Positions 53,810 through 59,563 of a stretch of DNA of 59,563 bases are shown piece by piece; within the stretch, counting starts at the first letter, position 1, and the number at the start of each line of letters is the position of its first letter. The stretch comes from Acidobacteriota bacterium. Its GTDB lineage: Bacteria > Actinomycetota > Thermoleophilia > Gaiellales > Gaiellaceae. A program made the translations under genes and the position numbers. The stretch covers positions 1 through 59,563 of the forward strand of contig JAGWRZ010000019.1 of NCBI GenBank assembly GCA_028876365.1, read 5' to 3'. The notes beneath the pieces are model-generated. The model searched no databases, was not told the origin of the DNA, and was given only the letters and a program-made list of their open reading frames with translations.

Positions 53810-54696
53810 GCGACGGGCGGGGGCGAGCCCTCGAGGCTGGCGGCGAGCGGCGGATCCCACGCGCAGACGGTGCACGCGTACGCTGTCACCGAACGGCAGA
53901 ATGCGAGCGCGTCGGCCGGCGTCGCGTCGTCCGAGTCGAGAACGTACTCGCCGAGCGTCTCGTTCCAGCGCGCCGCATCCGGTGAGAGCCTCTGGCCGGC
54001 GAAGCCGGCGGGCGACGGGTACGCGTAGCCGTAGAAGGCCGCCCTCCCGTAGCGGGTGTCGCCGGGCCACCAGCCGAGCTCGATCTGCTGCGCGTCGCCG
54101 GCGTTGCGCCAGATGAAGTCGTCGGACGGCGGCTCGGCCGTCCTCCCGGAGAAGAGCGACACGGCGAGGTCGAAGCTGCCCCACCACATGTTCAACGGCG
54201 TCGATCGTCCCCGATACGGCGCCCGTGCGGCGGCGAGCACGAGCGCGGCGCGCGTCGCATGGTCGAAGTACGCACCAACGGCGGCGGCGTCGTAGGTGGC
54301 GCGCTCGGTGTCCTCGTCGAGCGGCGCGCTCCACGGCACCTCTTGCGGCGTCATCGAGATCTCGACCGCTCCTGCCAGCTCGCGCACGGCGGCGAGCACG
54401 TCGCGCGTCACCCCTGCGACCGCACGGTCGGGCGTCAGCGGGACGCGCCGCTCGCGCCCGTCGCTGTGCTCGACGGCGGCCTCGTGACGATGGAGGTCGA
54501 GCGCGACGACGAACGCGCCCGATCCGTCGGGCGCCGGGAGCGGGAGCGTCTCCATCCCGCGCGCCGTCAACCGCAGCGCGGCGTGCTGCAGCTGCGGCTC
54601 CGGCGGCGCGAGCTTCGCGGCGAGCTTGCCGAGCACCTGCGAGTGCGCGTGCAGCGTGTCGCACGTCGGCTGCCAGTCGGCGTAGTCCACGGGCAT
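53806..54696 (-). CDS. conserved hypothetical protein (resembles the DUF5996 family, from memory)
   Basis: 296 aa with high GC3 and no TM helix or signal peptide. The N-terminus DWQPTCDTLHAHSQVLGKL and the later WWGSFDLAVSLFSG resemble that family. I cannot verify this without an HMM search. Confidence 0.6.
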   Translation of the reverse strand: MPVDYADWQPTCDTLHAHSQVLGKLAAKLAPPEPQLQHAALRLTARGMETLPLPAPDGSGAFVVALDLHRHEAAVEHSDGRERRVPLTPDRAVAGVTRDVLAAVRELAGAVEISMTPQEVPWSAPLDEDTERATYDAAAVGAYFDHATRAALVLAAARAPYRGRSTPLNMWWGSFDLAVSLFSGRTAEPPSDDFIWRNAGDAQQIELGWWPGDTRYGRAAFYGYAYPSPAGFAGQRLSPDAARWNETLGEYVLDSDDATPADALAFCRSVTAYACTVCAWDPPLAASLEGSPPPVA

Positions 54697-54707
54697 ACGC
54701 TACGCGC

Positions 54708-56060
54708 GTGCCGACTCTCGCCGTCGACCAGGGAACGACGGGCACCACCTGCCTCGTCGTCGACGGCGACCTTGCCGTTCTCGGCCGCGGCTACGCCGAG
54801 CTTCGGCAGCGTTTCCCGCGGCCGGGCTGGGTGGAGCACGATCCGGAGGAGATCTGGGGCACCGTCGTCGCCGCCGCCGAGGAGGCGATCGCCGCCGCGC
54901 GCGCCGAGCCGGATGCGATCGCGATCACGAACCAGCGCGAGACGACGATCCTGTGGGAGCGGTCGACCGGCCGGCCGGTCGAGAACGCGATCGTCTGGCA
55001 GGACCGGCGAACGGCCGAGCGCTGCGCCGAGCTCCCCGCCGATCTCATCCGCGCGCGCACCGGGCTCGTTCCCGACCCGTACTTCTCGGCGACGAAGCTC
55101 GAGTCCCTGTTGCGCGGCCGCGACCCGGCGGGGCTCGCGTTCGGCACGGTCGACGCCTGGCTCGTGTGGAAGCTGACCGGCGGACGCGTGCACGCGACCG
55201 ACGAGACGAACGCGTCCCGGACGATGCTCTGCTCCCTCGAGACGCTCGACTGGGACGACGAGCTCCTGTCGCTCTTCGGGGTTCCCCGCGGCGTGCTGCC
55301 CGAGATCCGCCCCTCGGGCTCCTTCTTCGGCGAGGGCGAGCTTCTCGGCAGGAGGCTGCCCGTCCGCGGCGTCGCCGGCGACCAGCAGGCTGCGCTCTTC
55401 GCCGCCGGCGGTGCGAAGGCGACCTTCGGGACAGGCGCGTTCGTGCTCGTCGAGACCGGCGCGGCCGCCCCGCGGGGGCTTCTGCGCACGGCGGCGGCAC
55501 GGCTCGACGAAGAGCCTCCGCGCCGCGCGCTCGAGGGCGCGGTGTTCGTCGCCGGCGCGGCGCTGCAGTGGCTGCGCGACGGGCTCGGCCTCATCGACGG
55601 CGCCGCGCAGAGCGAGGCGCTCGCCGCGTCGGTGCCCGATACGGGCGGCGTGTACTTCGTCCCCGCGCTGACCGGTCTCGGATCGCCGCACTGGCGGCCG
55701 GACGTGCGCGGCGCTGTCTCCGGGATCACCCGCGGGACGACGCGCGCGCACCTCGTCCGCGCGGCGCTCGAGGCGAGCGCCTACCAGACGGCCGACGTGC
55801 TCGCGGCGATGCCGCCGGTGGAGGCGCTCCGCGTGGACGGCGGGATGACCCGCAACCGGTGGCTCATGCAGTTCCTCGCCGACGTGCTCGCGATCCCGGT
55901 CGAGACGGCGGCCGAGGCCGAGCAGACCGCGCTCGGCGCAGCGCTCCTCGGCCTCGGCGTGCGGCGCTCCTCGCCCGCCGGCGAGCGCTTCGAGCCGCGT
56001 GACGACGCATCCGGGCTCTATGCGGGCTGGCGCGAGGCCGTCGCGCGTCTGACGTCGTAG
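54708..56060 (+). CDS. glpK: glycerol kinase-like FGGY carbohydrate kinase (short, 450 aa)
   Basis: GTG start. The sequence reads LAVDQGTTGTTCLV...GWVEHDPEEIW...ITNQRETTILWERSTGRP..NAIVWQDRRTA...DPYFSATK...GDQQAALF...GTGAF. Confidence 0.8.
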   Translation: MPTLAVDQGTTGTTCLVVDGDLAVLGRGYAELRQRFPRPGWVEHDPEEIWGTVVAAAEEAIAAARAEPDAIAITNQRETTILWERSTGRPVENAIVWQDRRTAERCAELPADLIRARTGLVPDPYFSATKLESLLRGRDPAGLAFGTVDAWLVWKLTGGRVHATDETNASRTMLCSLETLDWDDELLSLFGVPRGVLPEIRPSGSFFGEGELLGRRLPVRGVAGDQQAALFAAGGAKATFGTGAFVLVETGAAAPRGLLRTAAARLDEEPPRRALEGAVFVAGAALQWLRDGLGLIDGAAQSEALAASVPDTGGVYFVPALTGLGSPHWRPDVRGAVSGITRGTTRAHLVRAALEASAYQTADVLAAMPPVEALRVDGGMTRNRWLMQFLADVLAIPVETAAEAEQTALGAALLGLGVRRSSPAGERFEPRDDASGLYAGWREAVARLTS

Positions 56061-56061
56061 C

Positions 56062-56463
56062 TCAGTCGAGCGGCTGGACGACGATGAGCGAGTTCCCGTC
56101 CGGGTCGCGAACCCAGAACATCGGCGGCACGGGCTCGCCGTAGCGGGTGATCTCGTCGTCGACGTCTGCGCCGGCGGCCTTCAGCGCCGCATGGTCGGCG
56201 TCGAGGTCGCTCGTGTCGATGCAGATGCCCGTCTCGCTTCCGCCGGCGGCGCGGCCGGGCGGCGGCGGCGCGATCGCGATCGTCGTCTCGCGCCCCGGGA
56301 TCGCCACCTCGACCCAGCGCATGTCCGGCCCCATCGGCACGTCGACGACCTTGTCGAGCCCGAGCATGCCGACGTAGAAGTCGATCGCGCGGTCGGTGTC
56401 GGCGGCCGTCACGCAGACACGGCCGACCTTCGTCAGGTTGAGCGTCGGTGCAACCTTCGTCAT
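56062..56463 (-). CDS. VOC (glyoxalase/dioxygenase) family protein
   Basis: These are the last 133 codons of track ORF 56062..58200. The sequence reads VGRVCVTAADTDRAIDFYVGMLGL...FWVRDPDGNSLIVVQ. Confidence 0.8.
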   Translation of the reverse strand: MTKVAPTLNLTKVGRVCVTAADTDRAIDFYVGMLGLDKVVDVPMGPDMRWVEVAIPGRETTIAIAPPPPGRAAGGSETGICIDTSDLDADHAALKAAGADVDDEITRYGEPVPPMFWVRDPDGNSLIVVQPLD

Positions 56464-56531
56464 CTCATGCCTCCCTGGCTCGTCGGATTCGAAGCGTAGA
56501 CGGCCGGCGCCCTCCGAACTCATCGGCGGGG

Positions 56532-58121
56532 TCACGTCGTGACGAGCCCTGCCCCGAGCCGCGCGTGCACGAGCTGCACCGCCATCGCTCCCTCGCCGAC
56601 CGCTGCCGCGCAGCGCTTCGTCGATCCGGAGCGGACGTCGCCGGCGGCGAAGATCCCGGGCACGCTCGTCTCCAGCAGGCGGTCGGCGCCGGCGGGCGGC
56701 CCGGTCAGGATGAAGCCGTTTCCGTCGTGCGCGACCGCGCCGCCGAGCCACTCGGTGCACGGCAGGGCGCCGAGGAAGAGGAAGAGAGACGAGAAGGCCA
56801 TCGTCGCGCCGTCCGCCAGGGTGACCGCCTCGAGCATTCCGTCCTCGCCGTGGAGCGCGGCGACCTCGCTGCGGTCGCGCACGACCACCCCGGCGGCCCC
56901 GAGCTCGTGGATGAGGTAGTCGGACATCGTCTCGCGCAGGTCGCCGCGGCGGTGCAGCAACGTCACGAGAGCCCCGCCGCGCGCGAGCCACACGGCCGCC
57001 TGACCGGCCGAGTTGCCGCCGCCGATCACGCCGACGCGCCGGCCGCCGCAGAGCTGAGCCTCGGGAGGGCCGGCCGCGTAGAACACCGTCAGCCCTTCGA
57101 ATGCGGCGAGACCGTCGACGGGAAGCCGGCGGTACTGCGCGCCGGTGGCGAGGAGCACCGCGCGCGCCGACACCTCGCGCTCGTCCTCGAGCCGCACGAC
57201 GTGGCGGTCGGCTCCCGGCTCGAGCGAGAGCGCGCGGTAGGGCGTAGCCGTGCGCGCTCCGAACTTCCGCGCCTGGGTCACCGCGCGCGTCGTCAGCTCG
57301 GAGCCGCTGATGCCGGCCGGAAAGCCGAGGTAGTTCTCGATCCGGCGTGACGTCCCCGCCTGGCCGCCGAGAGCCGTCCCCTCGACGACGAGCGTCGAGA
57401 GGCCCTCGGATGCGCCGTACACCGCGGCGGCGAGCCCCGCCGGGCCGGCGCCGACGACGACGAGATCGACCTCCTCGTGCGGCGCGAGCTCGAGCCCGAC
57501 TCCGAGCGCGCGGGACACCTGGCCCGCGGAGGGCCCGATGAGCTCCGTGTCGCCGGGCAACCGCACGAGCGGAAGGTCGGCCGCGTCGAGCCCCGCGACG
57601 AGAGCGGCGGCCGCGTCGTCGCCGTGCTCGGGATCGCGCCACACGTACGGCAGCCGGTTGCGGCGCGCGAACTCGACGATCGCGCTCGTCTTCGCGGACG
57701 AGCGCGGTCCGATCACCTCCATGCCGATCCCCTGGACGCGCTGGAGCGCCTCCCGCCGCGCGATGAAGGTCGAGAGCAGGAGGTCGCTCAGCGGCCCGTC
57801 CTCGAACAGGAGCGCTCGCAGCGCCTCCCGCTCGACCGCGATGTATCGCATCGGCTCGGTCGCCACGGCGCCGAGATAGACCGTCTGGCCCGACAGCAGG
57901 TTCATCTCGCCGAGGAAGCCGAACCGGCCGTGCCGCGCGATCTCGTTGCCGGCGGCATCGAGGATCGCCGCCTCTCCCTCGAGGATGGCGATGAACGGAT
58001 AGCGCCGGTCGCCGATGCGGAACAGGCCCTCGCCGGCCGCCGCGGTTCGCTCCTCGCCGATCTCCGCGAGCTTCTCCAGCTGTGAGGCGGAGAGAACGGC
58101 CCTGGTGGAGACAGCCGCCAT
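56532..58121 (-). CDS. cyclic-nucleotide-binding domain fused to a thioredoxin-reductase-like FAD/NAD(P) oxidoreductase
   Basis: 529 aa. The N-terminal cNMP-binding-like barrel is FGFLGEMNLLSG...A. The two dinucleotide-binding motifs are LVVVGAGPAGLAAA and VGVIGGGNSAGQAA. No CxxC motif occurs at the TrxR redox-site position. Confidence 0.88.
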   Translation of the reverse strand: MAAVSTRAVLSASQLEKLAEIGEERTAAAGEGLFRIGDRRYPFIAILEGEAAILDAAGNEIARHGRFGFLGEMNLLSGQTVYLGAVATEPMRYIAVEREALRALLFEDGPLSDLLLSTFIARREALQRVQGIGMEVIGPRSSAKTSAIVEFARRNRLPYVWRDPEHGDDAAAALVAGLDAADLPLVRLPGDTELIGPSAGQVSRALGVGLELAPHEEVDLVVVGAGPAGLAAAVYGASEGLSTLVVEGTALGGQAGTSRRIENYLGFPAGISGSELTTRAVTQARKFGARTATPYRALSLEPGADRHVVRLEDEREVSARAVLLATGAQYRRLPVDGLAAFEGLTVFYAAGPPEAQLCGGRRVGVIGGGNSAGQAAVWLARGGALVTLLHRRGDLRETMSDYLIHELGAAGVVVRDRSEVAALHGEDGMLEAVTLADGATMAFSSLFLFLGALPCTEWLGGAVAHDGNGFILTGPPAGADRLLETSVPGIFAAGDVRSGSTKRCAAAVGEGAMAVQLVHARLGAGLVTT

Positions 58122-58192
58122 CGGTCGAGGGTAGCCGCCCCGGTGCGGTCGACGCGCTCGGCCACGCCGTCCATCTCGTAGGATCGGCGGCG

Positions 58193-58774
58193 GTGAACAT
58201 CGTCGTCGCGAATCTGAAGGGCGGCGTGGGGAAGACGACGACCGCCGTCTACCTCGCGGCCGCGGCCGTCGAGCGCGGGTACGACCCGGTCGTGCTCGTC
58301 GATGCCGACCGCCAGGCGTCCTCGGCCGAGTGGCTCGAGGAGAGCCCGGTGGCGGGCGTGACCGTCGTCGAGGCGCCGTCCGAGCGGACGCTCGCGCGCG
58401 AGACGAAGCGGCGCAGCGGCCTCACGGTCGTCGACACCCCGCCGGGCGACCACCGCCTGACCCAGGCTGCGGTCAACGCCGCCGCCGCAGTCGTCGTCCC
58501 GACGCGCGCCGGCGGGGTCGAGCTCTCGCCGGCTCTCCTGACGCTCGAGCTCGTCCCGGCGCGCGCGAGCCGCGGCGTCGTCGTCGCGTCCGCGCGGCTC
58601 GGCACGAACGACCTCGACGAGACGGTTGCGTTCTGGCGCGACCAGAAGGTCTCCGTCTGGGGCGTCGTCCCCGAGCGCGTCGGCATCGCCGCAGGCCCCG
58701 AGGCACGGCTCTACCGCGAGGGCGTCGAGCACTACACGGACGTTCTCCGCAGCGCGCTTCGCGGCCACCGCTGA
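58193..58774 (+). CDS. small ParA/MinD-type P-loop ATPase (orphan)
   Basis: GTG start. The deviant Walker A is NLKGGVGKTTTA. The sequence VLVDADRQ is present and Walker B is VVDTPPG. 193 aa. Confidence 0.8.
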   Translation: MNIVVANLKGGVGKTTTAVYLAAAAVERGYDPVVLVDADRQASSAEWLEESPVAGVTVVEAPSERTLARETKRRSGLTVVDTPPGDHRLTQAAVNAAAAVVVPTRAGGVELSPALLTLELVPARASRGVVVASARLGTNDLDETVAFWRDQKVSVWGVVPERVGIAAGPEARLYREGVEHYTDVLRSALRGHR

Positions 58775-58820
58775 CGGCTCGCCTCACGTGCCGTCGCGGC
58801 CGTGCGTTTCACTTCCTGCG

Positions 58821-59288
58821 ATGGCGCGCGCGGTTCTCGACACCCCGATCGGCCCGCTCGGGCTCGTCGCCTCCGACACGGGGCTGAGCGGCGTCCTCTT
58901 CGACGCCCGCACGCTTCGGCCCGAAGGCAGCTCGCCCGTCCTCGAGAAGGCCGCGCGCCAGCTCTCCGCGTACTTCGACGGCGGGCTCGAGGCGTTCGAG
59001 CTGCCGCTCGAGCTCCACGGGACCGAGTTTCAACGCCGCTGCTGGCTCGCGCTCAGGACGATTCCCTACGGCCAGACGGTGAGCTACGGCGAACAGGCCC
59101 GGCGGCTCGGGCTCGGGCCGGACGCCGCGCGTGCGGTCGGTGCCGCGAACGGGAGCAACCCGATCCCGATCGTCCTCCCGTGCCACCGGGTCCTCGGCGC
59201 GGACGGATCGCTCACCGGCTTCGGCGGGGGCCTGCACGTGAAGCGCTACCTCCTCGAGCACGAAGGCGCGCTGCTGCCGCTCGGCTAG
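58821..59288 (+). CDS. ogt: methylated-DNA--protein-cysteine methyltransferase
   Basis: 155 aa. The active site is IPIVLPCHRV. The sequence also includes TEFQRRCW..L..IPYGQTVSYGE. Confidence 0.92.
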   Translation: MARAVLDTPIGPLGLVASDTGLSGVLFDARTLRPEGSSPVLEKAARQLSAYFDGGLEAFELPLELHGTEFQRRCWLALRTIPYGQTVSYGEQARRLGLGPDAARAVGAANGSNPIPIVLPCHRVLGADGSLTGFGGGLHVKRYLLEHEGALLPLG

Positions 59289-59563
59289 CCCTTCATGCCC
59301 TGGAGCACCGCGTCTATCCGCGCGAAGCCGCCCTTTGCGCCGTCCTCGACGCCGTACGCCATCGTCGTGTCGCGCTCCTCCGGCGTGTCGAAGAGCATCG
59401 TCTGCGTGAGCTTCGTCCGCTCGCCGAGGTCCTCGAATTCCAGCGTCTGCAGGTGATTCTGGAACGTCTGCACGAGCCGCTCCGGCGGGTCGACTTCCCG
59501 GAACTCGCCCTCGACGACGCCGTAGCCGGTGTTGAACCGCCACTTGCCGCCGGGACGAACGTC
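59285..59563 (-). CDS. SRPBCC/AHSA1-like protein (5' end beyond the window)
   Basis: The frame is open from the window end (DVRPGGKWRFNTGYGVVEGEFREVDPPERLVQTF...). It ends GFARIDAVLQGMKG. Its stop shares CTAG with the ogt stop. Confidence 0.7.
   Translation of the reverse strand, partial: DVRPGGKWRFNTGYGVVEGEFREVDPPERLVQTFQNHLQTLEFEDLGERTKLTQTMLFDTPEERDTTMAYGVEDGAKGGFARIDAVLQGMKG

Noticed and set aside
53810-54748. N-terminal extension of the alpha/beta hydrolase ORF (622-aa track ORF)
   Set aside because: It overlaps the DUF5996-like gene out of frame with Arg/Ala-rich sequence. The hydrolase's TM anchor and fold start right after a TTG that overlaps the upstream stop.
56464-58200. Upstream about 580 codons of track ORF 56062..58200
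   Set aside because: It lies out of frame over the cNMP/TrxR-like gene on the same strand. Only the last 133 codons form a recognisable VOC protein, and they begin at an ATG.

Overview
This is a 59.6-kb, very GC-rich chromosomal segment. Third codon positions are almost all G/C, and long Arg/Pro/Ala-rich shadow ORFs occur in every frame. Frequent GTG/TTG starts and many 1-, 4- and 11-nt start/stop overlaps suggest a high-GC Gram-positive genome (Actinomycetota-like); this is inference only.

I call 65 CDS, two of them cut by the window edges. By my boundaries only about 1.3 kb (about 2%) is non-coding. I saw no rRNA, tRNA, CRISPR array, transposase, integrase, prophage, toxin-antitoxin or recognisable defence gene.

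Content from left to right:
- Partial aquaporin gene, convergent with a bicupin-osmC-nitroreductase operon.
- A roughly 19-kb co-directional gene string (2365-21431). It holds a Liv-type (HAAT) ABC importer, xdhC, a CoxMSL-like molybdenum hydroxylase plus CoxG, an LLM oxidoreductase, an M20 amidohydrolase, a Bcp-like redoxin, an FAH hydrolase, gmd, an M24 peptidase, a homocitrate/isopropylmalate-synthase-like enzyme, a VOC protein and a CrtI-like flavoprotein.
- A second LLM oxidoreductase.
- A GntR regulator divergent from an 11-gene translationally coupled operon (23357-33267). It holds a TIM-barrel isomerase, a second HAAT importer, two tandem PanE-like reductases, a metal-site-degenerate M24 protein, a tryptophan 2,3-dioxygenase-family protein and a threonine-dehydratase-like PLP enzyme.
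- A class-V aminotransferase and an aldo-keto reductase placed head to head, then an FAD/BBE oxidase.
- A GH76-like enzyme, a PIG-V-like mannosyltransferase and an anchored hypothetical protein.
- An Opp/Dpp-type peptide ABC operon.
- A MoaD/ThiS-like Gly-Gly protein plus an Asp-box propeller, directly downstream of a troABCD-like metal importer with a Fur box and a divergent fur-family gene.
- ndh with a zf-UBP protein, a DUF5996-like protein plus an alpha/beta hydrolase, glpK, a second VOC protein, a cNMP-binding TrxR-like fusion, an orphan ParA-like ATPase, ogt, and a partial AHSA1/SRPBCC gene.

The best candidates for undescribed biology are three, and all rest on inference from gene context and by-eye motifs:
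1. The propeller plus beta-grasp pair appended to the metal-uptake operon.
2. The transporter-linked operon carrying an orphan TDO.
3. The non-CODH CoxL-like hydroxylase embedded in the 19-kb supraoperon.
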